Source: an uncultured Planctomycetales bacterium (lineage in GTDB: Bacteria; Omnitrophota; Gorgyraeia; Gygaellales; Profunditerraquicolaceae). Taken from it: DNA of 45,712 nt. The notes below the pieces were generated by a model. The model was given only the letters and a program-made list of their open reading frames with translations, had not been told where the DNA came from and made no database searches. The first letter of the stretch is position 1. Every line of letters begins with the position of its first letter. Shown in pieces: positions 11,141 through 19,594 of this stretch. Where the stretch lies: assembly GCA_964487475.1 (NCBI GenBank), contig CAZAPM010000001.1:76374-122085 (forward strand), read 5' to 3'. The translations under genes were made by a program, and so were the position numbers.

Positions 11141-11265
11141 GGGGCTGTCCCGCATACGGGACACGCTAGATCAAATCTTATGGGGCTGTCCCGTGGTACG
11201 GGACACGCTAGATCAAATCTTATGGGGCTGTCCCGTGGTACGGGACACGCTAGATCAAATCTTAT
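11141..11265 (+). repeat. Three tandem 41-42 bp hairpin-containing repeats abutting the tRNA 5' end
   Basis: Units 11141-11181, 11182-11223, 11224-11265: GGGGCTGTCCCG(CA/TGG)TACGGGACACGCTAGATCAAATCTTAT. Units 2 and 3 are identical. Each contains a TGTCCCG/CGGGACA stem. Confidence 0.95.
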
Positions 11266-11341
11266 GGGGCTGTAGCTCAGTTGGGAGAGCACTTCGTTCG
11301 CAACGAAGGGGTCGGGGGTTCGACTCCCCCCAGCTCCACCA
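11266..11341 (+). tRNA. tRNA-Ala (anticodon CGC)
   Basis: 76 nt cloverleaf; acceptor stem GGGGCTG/CAGCTCC with G3.U70; anticodon arm CTTCG-TTCGCAA-CGAAG; GTTCGA T-loop; encoded CCA. Confidence 0.97.
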
Positions 11342-11376
11342 TATGTTCATCCGCTTCTTCCGGCAACCGGAGGGAT

Positions 11377-12837
11377 ATGACGAGGAAGTTAGGTATTCTG
11401 GTCGCGGTGTGGTGTGTGTGCGCTGCGGTCCCCGCCTGGGGTGTTGAGGTCAATGAGCTTTTTGCCGCAGGGAGCTTCTATCCCGGGGATCCGCAGACAC
11501 TGGCCCAAAACGTTGACCGCTATCTCGTTCCGTCCGGCGATTCTCCTGTGCCGGGAAAGATATTCGCACTGATCGTCCCTCATGCCGGCTACGATTATTC
11601 CGGCCCTACCGCAGGACAAGCCTATTCCTTGATCAAGGGTAAGGCGTATACGTCCGCCATCATACTTTTTCCCAGTCACCGTATTCCCCTGCAGGGGGCT
11701 GCCGTAGCGCCCGAGGGCGTGCTGCGTACCCCGTTAGGCCGATTGGGTACGGACGAGCCGCTGCGGCGAGCGCTGGAGGCTTCCGGAGTGTTGCGTGAGG
11801 ACCCCCGGTTCTTCCTTAAAGAGCATGCGCTGGAAGTGCAGCTGCCGTTCCTGCAGCGGGCATTGCCTTCCGTATCCGTGGTGCCGGTAGCCGTGGGCCG
11901 GGGCACCTTTGAGGAGCTGGAGAGGATCGCCTCCGCGTTGCACGCAGCCATCGGCGCCCGTAAGGATGTGCTGGCGGTGGTTTCGACCGACCTGTATCAC
12001 GGATACGACCCGCAGGAGCTGCAGCGTATCGATGACAGGACGTTAGGATCGATCTCGGCTATGGACCCCCGCGGCCTGTATGATGCGCTGCAAAAGGGAA
12101 ACGCGCAGATGTGCGGAGGGGAGGCGGCAGTGGTGGGAATGCTGCTTTCCGGGCTGCAGGGGCATCGTCACGCGTATATCATCGCCCGTACGGATTCGGG
12201 TAAGGTTGGGGGGCGGCCGGAAAAGGGGAAGTGGACCGTCGGATATGCGAGCATCGCCATCGACCAGGTGCCAGGAGGGAAGGATATGCTTACCAGTGGG
12301 CAGCGCAAAGAATTGCTGGAAATAGCCCGGAGTTCGATCCGTCAATTTCTGGAAACGGGGAAGAGATCGGCCGTCCGTTCGACGGACCCTCTCTTGGCGC
12401 AGGTGCAGGGCGCGTTCGTGACGCTGCACCGTAAGGGGCAGTTGCGCGGATGTATCGGTACGATCGTCGGGCAAAAGCCTTTATATGTGACCGTGCGGGA
12501 TATGGCGGTCGAGGCGGCGACGGGGGATCCGCGTTTTCCCAAGGTGACCCTGGCCGAGTTAGGGGAGCTTGAGATCGAGATATCGGTGCTTTCTCCTTTA
12601 CGCAGGGTTGCCGGCGCGGCAGATATCGAACTGGGCACCCACGGAGTCCTGGTACGCAAGGGAGCCCAAAGCGGGGTGTTCCTGCCTCAGGTGGCGCAGG
12701 AGACCAACTGGTCCAAAGAGGAGTTCCTTTCGTACCTGTGCACCCACAAGGCGTTCCTGCCTGCGGATGCCTGGAAGGATGCGTCAACAGAGCTTTATGT
12801 GTTCACTGCGGAGGTCTTTTCCGAACATGGGGCATAG
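11377..12837 (+). CDS. amrB: AmmeMemoRadiSam system protein B (MEMO-like) fused to protein A (AMMECR1-like), with N-terminal signal peptide
   Basis: AGSFYP, IVPHAGYDYSG, EHALEVQLPFLQ, STDLYH, MCG, VGYAS (MEMO), then GAFVTL..GQLRGCIG, DPRFP, EISVLSP, GVFLPQVA (AMMECR1). Confidence 0.88.
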   Translation: MTRKLGILVAVWCVCAAVPAWGVEVNELFAAGSFYPGDPQTLAQNVDRYLVPSGDSPVPGKIFALIVPHAGYDYSGPTAGQAYSLIKGKAYTSAIILFPSHRIPLQGAAVAPEGVLRTPLGRLGTDEPLRRALEASGVLREDPRFFLKEHALEVQLPFLQRALPSVSVVPVAVGRGTFEELERIASALHAAIGARKDVLAVVSTDLYHGYDPQELQRIDDRTLGSISAMDPRGLYDALQKGNAQMCGGEAAVVGMLLSGLQGHRHAYIIARTDSGKVGGRPEKGKWTVGYASIAIDQVPGGKDMLTSGQRKELLEIARSSIRQFLETGKRSAVRSTDPLLAQVQGAFVTLHRKGQLRGCIGTIVGQKPLYVTVRDMAVEAATGDPRFPKVTLAELGELEIEISVLSPLRRVAGAADIELGTHGVLVRKGAQSGVFLPQVAQETNWSKEEFLSYLCTHKAFLPADAWKDASTELYVFTAEVFSEHGA

Positions 12838-13570
12838 GGTTTTTTGCGGTGAATTGGAGATTGAAGAAGGGCGCCTTAAGATCAGGGATAAGGAAATCCT
12901 CCGGCATCTTATCCGTGCCGCGCGGATACAAAAGGGGGAGGGCCTGGAAGTGGTCGTCCCCGGGGATAAGGTGTATGCGGTGGTGGTGGAGCGTATCGCT
13001 TCGCAGTTCCTGGAGTGCAGGATCGTCGGGGAATCGCCGGTACTCTCCCAGTCCCGGCCTTTGACGCTGGCCTGCGCGCTTCCCAAGAACGTCGGTTTCG
13101 ACGATATCGTGGATAAGGCGACCCAGCTGGGGGTGGCGCGCATAATCCCCATGGAGACCGAGCGAACGATCGTGAGGCTGGATGCCGCCAGGAAGCAGGC
13201 CCGGAGGCAGCGGTGGGAGAAAGTCGCCCGCGCTGCCGCCGAGCAGTCGCATCGCGCAACCGTGCCCGAAGTTTCGCCGGTGATGAGTTTCAGTGACGCG
13301 TTGGAGCGTACCAGGGATGTGCCGCTTCGCCTGATCCCCGCGCTTTTCGGAGAACGCCGCGACTTGGCGGAGATCTTCTCCGAGCCGGCGCAGGGGGTGG
13401 CGGTGTTCGTGGGCCCGGAAGGGGATTTTTCGGATGCGGAGGTGGAAACGGCCAGGCAGCAGGGGGTGGTCCCGGTATCCCTCGGGCCGCTGGTACTCCG
13501 TGTCGATACCGCCGCATTGGCAGTGGCCGCGTACGCGGCGCTGCAGTCGGCATTGCGAAAGAGGAGCTAA
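12827..13570 (+). CDS. rsmE: 16S rRNA m3U1498 methyltransferase RsmE
   Basis: KATQLGV..IIP..TER, AAEQSHR, FVGPEGDFS, SLGPLVLRVDTA; start ATG 12827. Confidence 0.93.
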   Translation: MGHRVFCGELEIEEGRLKIRDKEILRHLIRAARIQKGEGLEVVVPGDKVYAVVVERIASQFLECRIVGESPVLSQSRPLTLACALPKNVGFDDIVDKATQLGVARIIPMETERTIVRLDAARKQARRQRWEKVARAAAEQSHRATVPEVSPVMSFSDALERTRDVPLRLIPALFGERRDLAEIFSEPAQGVAVFVGPEGDFSDAEVETARQQGVVPVSLGPLVLRVDTAALAVAAYAALQSALRKRS

Positions 13571-13571
13571 G

Positions 13572-15239
13572 ATGGACTTGAAGAACGTGCGCAGACCCGC
13601 GTGGTTCCTGGTGCTCGTGCTTTGCCTCATCTTCATTCTGCGTTTTCCGCTGGTGATGCAGCCGTTCTATAATATGGACGAAGGTATTTCCGCGGTGCTG
13701 GGAAACACCATTCTCGACGGAGGACTGCTTTACCGCGATGCTATCGACCAGCGCGGTCCGGCCCTGTACTATCTGTATGCGCTCGTTTTCGCGGTCGCGG
13801 GGCGGGGGAATATGGTGGCGGTGCACCTGGCCTTGATCGCGACGGTGATGCTGATCACCCTGCTGGTCTATGCCATTGCCCGCGAGGCCTGGGGCAGGCG
13901 CCAGGGGTGTATCGCCGCGCTGCTCTTCGCCGTCTTTTCGTACACCTATTTTCAGCTCGATATCCTGGCGTTCCATCAGGAGTGGCTGGTCGCGCTTTTC
14001 AGCTGCCTCGGGGTGTGGAGCATGCTGGTCTATTTCCGCCGCAGCCTGGCGCGGTTTCTTTTCTTTGCCGGTATCGCGTTCGGGATGGCTTTCGTCAGCA
14101 AGCAGAATTCCCTGCTGGATTTCATCCTGGCGGCGGCTTTTTCGAGCTTCCTTATTTCCCGCAGGGGAGGCTTCTCCTGGGTCGCCGGGGTAAAGGTCAC
14201 GGGGTGGTTAAGCGCCGGTTTCCTTTTCGCGTTCCTTCCCTGGGTGGCGTATTTTTACCTCCGCGGAGGCATCAGTGACTTTCTGTTCTATTTCTGGGAG
14301 TATAATTTCTCCTTCTATTCCGCGGTGATCCCGCTCGCCGAGCGTATTTCGATCGCGGTGGCGGTATTTTTCAACGGAGAATTCTTCCGCCTTAATTTCC
14401 TGGTCTATGCCGGATTCCTGCTGGGGGCCGTGCGTGCGGGGTACGCGGCGTTTCGGCTGAAAGCGCCCCCGGACCGGGCCTGGTACAATGAGCTTTTCCT
14501 GGTGCTGTGGGGACTGGCGGCCTATACGGCTTTTTCCGTGACCGGCAGGAGCTTCGGGCATTATTTCATCCAGATGCTTCCGGCGTTGTGCCTGGTATCC
14601 GCCAATTCTTTTTACCACCTGATGCGCTCTACCAGAACGCTGGTAAGCACGGGAGAGGAGAAGGAGGGGAGGCTGGCGGTCCCGGTCTTAAGGATATTCC
14701 TTACCGGCGTGCTCGTCTACGGATTGCTCTGGCCTGTCTCGTTCTGGGATAAACGGACCTTTCAGTACGTGCCTCTTTTTTATTTCTGGGGGGAAGTGAC
14801 GGACCAGACCCCGGAGGAGGACCGCGCGCTGGGCGAATACATCAGGACGAGGAGCACGGAACAGGATAAGGTGTTCGTGTGGGGATTCTATCCGCAGATG
14901 TACATCCACTCCGGCCGCATGCCCGCCTCCCGGTATACCTACTGCACGTTCCTTACCGGGATGCTCATGCAGGCGAACGAGCGTCTGGACGAGGGCACTT
15001 CGCGCTGGATCGTTCCGGGGTCCTGGGATATCTTCATGGCCGAGATGCGGCGCAACGCCCCGCTCTACATCATCGATACCAGCGTCAATAAGAACCTCAC
15101 CTTCCAGAAATACCCTCCCTCGCTTTTCCCTCAGCTGGAAAAGTTCCTGCAGGAGCATTATGCGGTGGACAGTTACTGGAACGACAGCGACGGGATCCTG
15201 CGTTACCGGCTTTTCCGGCGGATCAAGAGCCCGGCATGA
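13572..15239 (+). CDS. ArnT/PMT-like (GT-C fold) integral-membrane glycosyltransferase
   Basis: NMDEG...LYRDAIDQRGP N-terminal loop, many TM helices, SKQN, FGHYFIQMLP, periplasmic tail VFVWG..P..Y. Confidence 0.75.
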   Translation: MDLKNVRRPAWFLVLVLCLIFILRFPLVMQPFYNMDEGISAVLGNTILDGGLLYRDAIDQRGPALYYLYALVFAVAGRGNMVAVHLALIATVMLITLLVYAIAREAWGRRQGCIAALLFAVFSYTYFQLDILAFHQEWLVALFSCLGVWSMLVYFRRSLARFLFFAGIAFGMAFVSKQNSLLDFILAAAFSSFLISRRGGFSWVAGVKVTGWLSAGFLFAFLPWVAYFYLRGGISDFLFYFWEYNFSFYSAVIPLAERISIAVAVFFNGEFFRLNFLVYAGFLLGAVRAGYAAFRLKAPPDRAWYNELFLVLWGLAAYTAFSVTGRSFGHYFIQMLPALCLVSANSFYHLMRSTRTLVSTGEEKEGRLAVPVLRIFLTGVLVYGLLWPVSFWDKRTFQYVPLFYFWGEVTDQTPEEDRALGEYIRTRSTEQDKVFVWGFYPQMYIHSGRMPASRYTYCTFLTGMLMQANERLDEGTSRWIVPGSWDIFMAEMRRNAPLYIIDTSVNKNLTFQKYPPSLFPQLEKFLQEHYAVDSYWNDSDGILRYRLFRRIKSPA

Positions 15240-16513
15240 AGAAGGTGAAATTCATCACCCTCGGGTGCAAGGTCAACCAGTATGAGACCCAGGAGATGCG
15301 CGAGCAGCTGGCAGCGTGCGGGTACTCCGAGGTCGCCGGCAGGGAGAAGGCGGACCTGTACGTGATCAACACCTGCACCGTGACCCACCGGGCCGATGCC
15401 GATTCCCTTTACGCGGTGGGCAGGGCCAGAAGGGAGAATCCCCGCGGCCGGCTGATCGTCACCGGATGCCTTGCGGGCAAGGACGCTTCCCGGATCGCCC
15501 TGAAGGACCCGCTGGCGCAGATCATCCCCAATTCCGGAAAATCCGGCCTGGCGTCTCTGATCATGGGGTGTGACGTCACTTCCGTGCGGGGTATCTCGTA
15601 TTTCCAGGGCCGGACCAGGGCATTCCTGAAGATCCAGGACGGGTGCGATAATTTCTGTTCCTACTGCAAGGTGCCTTTGGTCCGGGGCAGGTCGGTAAGC
15701 AAGCCGGAGGAACAGGTCCTGGAGGAAGCGCGCCGTCTGGCGGCAGGAGGTGCAAGGGAACTGGTGCTGACCGGTATATGCCTGGGGGATTACGGTAAGG
15801 ATCTCGTTCCCGCGACGAGCCTGGCGCAGGTGTTGCGCCGGGTTTCCCGGATCAGGGGTATCGCGCGCATCAGGTTAAGTTCGATCGAGATGCGGGATGT
15901 GACCGATGAGCTTCTCGGGGTGATGGCGCATTCGCGCCGCATCTGCCCGCACCTGCATATCCCTCTGCAAAGCGGGGATGACGGGATCCTTGCCGCCATG
16001 AACCGCAAGTATACCATAACAGATTACGAAGCGCTGCTGGAACGGGTGAGAAAGGGCCTGCCCCATGTCGCGGTCACCACCGACGTGCTGGTGGGGTTTC
16101 CCGGAGAGACGGAAGTCCAGTTTACGCATACCCTCGACCTGTTGCGCCGGGCAGGGTTCGCGCGCGTTCATGTGTTCCCGTATTCCAGCCGTCCCGGGAC
16201 TGCGGCTGCAAAGCGCACCCGGGACCTTGTTCCGGAGGAGGTGATCCGTCACCGGATGTCCCGTTGCCGTACCGTGGCAGCCATCGGCGAAGCCCGCTTC
16301 AGGGAGAGCCTTCTGGGATCTTCCCAGGAGGTGCTGGTGGAGCGCGCAGTACCCGGAAAACCCGGGGTATGGGAGGGCTATACCGGCAATTATGTGCGGG
16401 TTGAGATCCGTGCAAAGAGGGATCTCTCGAACGCCGTAATTATTTGTAAAATGAACCAGCTAGATACTCCTAATCAGGAAAAAACCATTGACGGAAGGCC
16501 GGAAAAACTCTAA
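15236..16513 (+). CDS. mtaB: tRNA N6-threonylcarbamoyladenosine methylthiotransferase MtaB
   Basis: TLGCKVNQYE, INTCTVT, VTGC, LKIQDGCDNFCSYC, RIRLSSIE, HLHIPLQSG, VGFPGET, TRAM-like tail GYTGNYVRV; near rsmE. Confidence 0.92.
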   Translation: MKKVKFITLGCKVNQYETQEMREQLAACGYSEVAGREKADLYVINTCTVTHRADADSLYAVGRARRENPRGRLIVTGCLAGKDASRIALKDPLAQIIPNSGKSGLASLIMGCDVTSVRGISYFQGRTRAFLKIQDGCDNFCSYCKVPLVRGRSVSKPEEQVLEEARRLAAGGARELVLTGICLGDYGKDLVPATSLAQVLRRVSRIRGIARIRLSSIEMRDVTDELLGVMAHSRRICPHLHIPLQSGDDGILAAMNRKYTITDYEALLERVRKGLPHVAVTTDVLVGFPGETEVQFTHTLDLLRRAGFARVHVFPYSSRPGTAAAKRTRDLVPEEVIRHRMSRCRTVAAIGEARFRESLLGSSQEVLVERAVPGKPGVWEGYTGNYVRVEIRAKRDLSNAVIICKMNQLDTPNQEKTIDGRPEKL

Positions 16514-16516
16514 TAT
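16488..16516 (+). promoter_or_regulatory. sigma70 promoter of Hxs module 1 (overlaps the end of mtaB)
   Basis: TTGACG (16488-16493), 17 nt spacer, TAATAT (16511-16516). Confidence 0.6.
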
Positions 16517-16576
16517 ATAGAAGAGGTGTACATAGCCGGCGGTACCGCTCGGAAGGTGTCGTAAAAAGGAGGGGAT

Positions 16577-17035
16577 ATGCGTAAGGTGTTGTTTCTGATC
16601 TGTTGCGGCATTATCGGTTTTTCGTCGCTCACCTCGGCCGTGTGGGCGCAGAACAACGAGGAGATGACGGTGACAACGTACTATCCTTCCCCATTCGGCT
16701 CCTACAACCGGATGGATGTTTCCCGCTCGATCGCTGTCGGGCCTATGCCTGCTGCCAGGACGTATGTGGAAAGTCTTAACAGCGGCGGCGTGACCGAAGA
16801 AGGCACGGTCTATACCAGTGGTTCGAACTCCTGTTTCGTGTTCCAGGCCAGGCAAAGCCCCAGGCGGTTCGGGTGGTATAGCGGCAACGGCGAGGTCGCG
16901 TGGCTGTGGACGGATTCACCCGTCGCACCTGCGGGCCCGAACGGGAACGTGTTCGGGGTAGAGCGTAACGGCAGGGTATACTGGTTGGCTACTCCGTCGG
17001 GACATCCGCATCTGGCAACTATCGGGATCGAGTAA
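16577..17035 (+). CDS. Secreted protein with N-terminal TVTTYYPSP motif (copy 1)
   Basis: AAGGAGG RBS; Sec signal ending AVWA; mature N-terminus QNNEEMTVTTYYPSPFGSYN nearly identical to that of 34043-34666. Confidence 0.8.
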   Translation: MRKVLFLICCGIIGFSSLTSAVWAQNNEEMTVTTYYPSPFGSYNRMDVSRSIAVGPMPAARTYVESLNSGGVTEEGTVYTSGSNSCFVFQARQSPRRFGWYSGNGEVAWLWTDSPVAPAGPNGNVFGVERNGRVYWLATPSGHPHLATIGIE

Positions 17036-17059
17036 CAGGGGCGCTGCGCGAGGAGAGGG

Positions 17060-17479
17060 ATGAAGAGTCCGGTGATCAGGGTCGATACGTTTGTGGACGG
17101 TAGTGAGTATGCGGTGCTGGAGATACATCAGGGAGTATACGACCTTAAAACGATCCAGGCCGCGGGGTATGTGTTCCTGGATAAAGCGTATATATTGCTG
17201 GATATGAACGAGCGGCAGCGGATCGAGGTGTACCTTTTCCCCAAGGATAAGGCCATGGATGCCAAGACCTGCGCGTTGGAATTCAGTAACGAGCTGGTGA
17301 ATTACGCGCATTATTTTACCCGGGTGGAGAGCAACGCCGAGGTTTCCAAGACGATTATGCAACGGGTATTGTTTTCGGTGAACCCGAAAGCGGCGAGCGA
17401 AGCCGAGGAGCAGGAGATACAGGAGCTGCTCAAAGAACTGGAAAGCGAATCCGCGCCCCGGAAAAAGAAGAAGCGATAA
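17060..17479 (+). CDS. hxsD: His-Xaa-Ser system protein HxsD (module 1)
   Basis: VYDLKTIQAAGYVFLDKAYILLD...EFSNELVNY...IMQRVLF pattern; upstream of HxsB. Confidence 0.8.
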   Translation: MKSPVIRVDTFVDGSEYAVLEIHQGVYDLKTIQAAGYVFLDKAYILLDMNERQRIEVYLFPKDKAMDAKTCALEFSNELVNYAHYFTRVESNAEVSKTIMQRVLFSVNPKAASEAEEQEIQELLKELESESAPRKKKKR

Positions 17480-17487
17480 GGGATATT

Positions 17488-17706
17488 ATGCCTTTGCCCG
17501 TATACGTGAAAGGTAATAAGTTCAGCCTGGTGCTGCATGGGAAGTGTTACCCGGAAGCGGTATGCGCCCGTTTTGCCGCAGAGCAGGGCGCGTATATGGA
17601 AAAGCCCATGCAAAAGAAAGGCTCTTACACTATTGTGCCGCTGAAGGTTTCCTCATTGCAGGATGCGCTGGAACGCGCCAATTACCTGCTTTTCCTTACC
17701 CGATGA
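17488..17706 (+). CDS. Short HxsD-like protein (module 1)
   Basis: 72 aa; LHGKCYP...ANYLL parallels LHATCYP...LNFLL of 35062-35274; same position between hxsD and hxsB. Confidence 0.6.
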   Translation: MPLPVYVKGNKFSLVLHGKCYPEAVCARFAAEQGAYMEKPMQKKGSYTIVPLKVSSLQDALERANYLLFLTR

Positions 17707-19124
17707 CCATGAAAAGCACTGCGCAGTGGGCTATCCTGCCGTATGCGGTCAAAAGGATCGGGGAGTCGTATCTTCTGGGGACCCAATGGGGGGATTGGGT
17801 CGGCCTTACCCGCGGCGAGTTCTCGCAAGTGCACTCCTGGTCCCTGCAGGAGGGGTCAGCGCTTTTCCATAAGCTCAAGGCGCGCCGGCTGGTGATAGAC
17901 CAGGCTTCGCTCCCCGAGTTCATCTCCAGTGCCAGGAACATGCAGGCCAACCTTTTTTTCGACACCGGTCTGCATATCGCGGTGGTGACGCATAAATGTA
18001 ATTTCTCCTGCGTGTACTGCCAGGCCCATAACGCGGATGCGCGGGATATGTCGTTGCCCGTGGCGGTGAAGGTGGTGGAGTATCTTTTCTCCGTGCGCAA
18101 TCCCATGGTCAGGCTGGAACTGCAGGGGGGGGAGCCGCTCTGCAACTGGAAGACCGTGCGCTTCCTGATCGAATTCGCGCGCGAACGCAATACGCTCGAG
18201 CGCAAGAACCTCATGATCAGCCTTGTCTCCAATCTCACGCTGTTGGACAAGGCCAAGGCTCGGTTCCTGGCCGGGCACCATGTCGACGTGTGCGTTTCTT
18301 TCGACGGGCCGCAGCAGGTGCATGACAGCAACCGGCCTTTCCTGACGGGAAAGGGGACGTACTCGGCGCTGCTGAAGAAACTTGATATGCTGCGCAAGGT
18401 GTACGCGGACGCCGGCATGTACCCTGCCATAAGCGCGCTGCCGACGGTGACCAGGGCTTCGTTACCGTATCCCCGGGAGATAGTCGACGAGTTCGTCCAA
18501 AGGGGTTTTTCTACGGTCCACTTAAGGCCGATCAACAACCTGGGAAAAGCGCGCCGGGTATGGTCCGAGGTCGGGTATTCCGCGGAAGAGTATATCGCTT
18601 TCTGGAAGGAGGCTTTGGAGCATATCCTTGCCCTCAATGCCCGGGGGATACGGGTCACGGAGACGATGACCGGATACCTTCTGAGAAGGATACTGCGTAA
18701 GCAGGACCATTTTTTCGTCGACCTTACCAGCCCGTGCGGAGCGGCGAGGAGCCAGATGGTGTATGCGCCGAACGGGGATGTGTATACGTGCGACGAGGCC
18801 CGTATGCTCGGCGAGGATACCTTTAAATTGGGCAACGTGCGCCGCCAGACGTACCAGGAGGTGTTGAAGTCTCCCGCCGTCCATTATACCACCCAGGCTT
18901 CGCTCATGAGCCTGTGGGATTACAATTCGGCATTGTGCGCATGGAGCGGTACGTGCCCGGTGCTTAATTTCCAGGAGCAGGGCAGTCCGGTGGTGAAGAT
19001 CACACAGACGTTCCGGCATAAGGTGCTTTCGGCCCAGCTGGAATTCCTTTTCGATAAATTGCTCCACGAACCCCAGGCGGAGTCGATTTTTCAGGAATGG
19101 GTGGCTTCAGAAAGGAGGCAGTAA
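17703..19124 (+). CDS. hxsB: His-Xaa-Ser system radical SAM maturase HxsB (module 1)
   Basis: N-terminal extension, LHIAVVTHKCNFSCVYCQA, LELQGGEPL, DGPQQVHDSNR, VDLTSPCGA...NGDVYTCDEARM; clear paralog of 35271-36728. Confidence 0.88.
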   Translation: MTMKSTAQWAILPYAVKRIGESYLLGTQWGDWVGLTRGEFSQVHSWSLQEGSALFHKLKARRLVIDQASLPEFISSARNMQANLFFDTGLHIAVVTHKCNFSCVYCQAHNADARDMSLPVAVKVVEYLFSVRNPMVRLELQGGEPLCNWKTVRFLIEFARERNTLERKNLMISLVSNLTLLDKAKARFLAGHHVDVCVSFDGPQQVHDSNRPFLTGKGTYSALLKKLDMLRKVYADAGMYPAISALPTVTRASLPYPREIVDEFVQRGFSTVHLRPINNLGKARRVWSEVGYSAEEYIAFWKEALEHILALNARGIRVTETMTGYLLRRILRKQDHFFVDLTSPCGAARSQMVYAPNGDVYTCDEARMLGEDTFKLGNVRRQTYQEVLKSPAVHYTTQASLMSLWDYNSALCAWSGTCPVLNFQEQGSPVVKITQTFRHKVLSAQLEFLFDKLLHEPQAESIFQEWVASERRQ

Positions 19125-19127
19125 CGT

Positions 19128-19562
19128 ATGGCAGTCAAAGCGGCAAGGCGAAAGAAACAGAAGATAGTGATGAAGAAGAACCTCAGGGATTTCATGAAAG
19201 ACGAATCCGGGTACATGACCAAGGAGAACCTGCTTAAGGTCGCGGTGGGGACCATGACCGGGTTCGGGGTGTTGATGGCTTCATCGCAGGCGCAGGCACA
19301 GCACCAACAGGGTCCCCCTCAAGGGCCAAGCCTTCTCGATCTGTACAACTCGATGACCCCGGCAGAGCGGGCAGCGTTGGCCAGTGCGATGGGAGTAGGT
19401 ACTCAGTCCGATGATCCCGGTCCCGGCCAGGTGGCGGGGATCCCGGGAGGATGGAACCAGCACATCAACGCGGAATCGCTGGAATGGAGGCCGACGGGGG
19501 TGGGCACGACACTCGAGATATTCCCCAGCCATACCCATCACAGCGTGCACGTGGCATATTGA
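19128..19562 (+). CDS. Putative RiPP precursor 1 (HxsA-like, degenerate His-x-x core)
   Basis: AAGGAGG RBS; directly after hxsB; leader KKNLRDFMKDESGYMTKENLLK aligns with precursor 2; C-terminus HTH-HSV-HVA-Y. Confidence 0.7.
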   Translation: MAVKAARRKKQKIVMKKNLRDFMKDESGYMTKENLLKVAVGTMTGFGVLMASSQAQAQHQQGPPQGPSLLDLYNSMTPAERAALASAMGVGTQSDDPGPGQVAGIPGGWNQHINAESLEWRPTGVGTTLEIFPSHTHHSVHVAY

Positions 19563-19594
19563 TCCTAAACGCATACCCTAAGGGAGGTGGACAG

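Noticed and set aside
11141..11265. Possible mini CRISPR array
   Set aside because: Units are head-to-tail with no unique spacers, and no cas genes are present.
11029..11447. ORFs 11079-11447 (+), 11029-11292 (-) and the 11281 extension of amrB
   Set aside because: These are translations of the repeats and tRNA; amrB has a better start at ATG 11377.
13572..15239. ArnT-like enzyme as a pilin glycosyltransferase or part of the Hxs cluster
   Set aside because: It sits between rsmE and mtaB, upstream of the module 1 promoter; nothing in the sequence identifies its acceptor.
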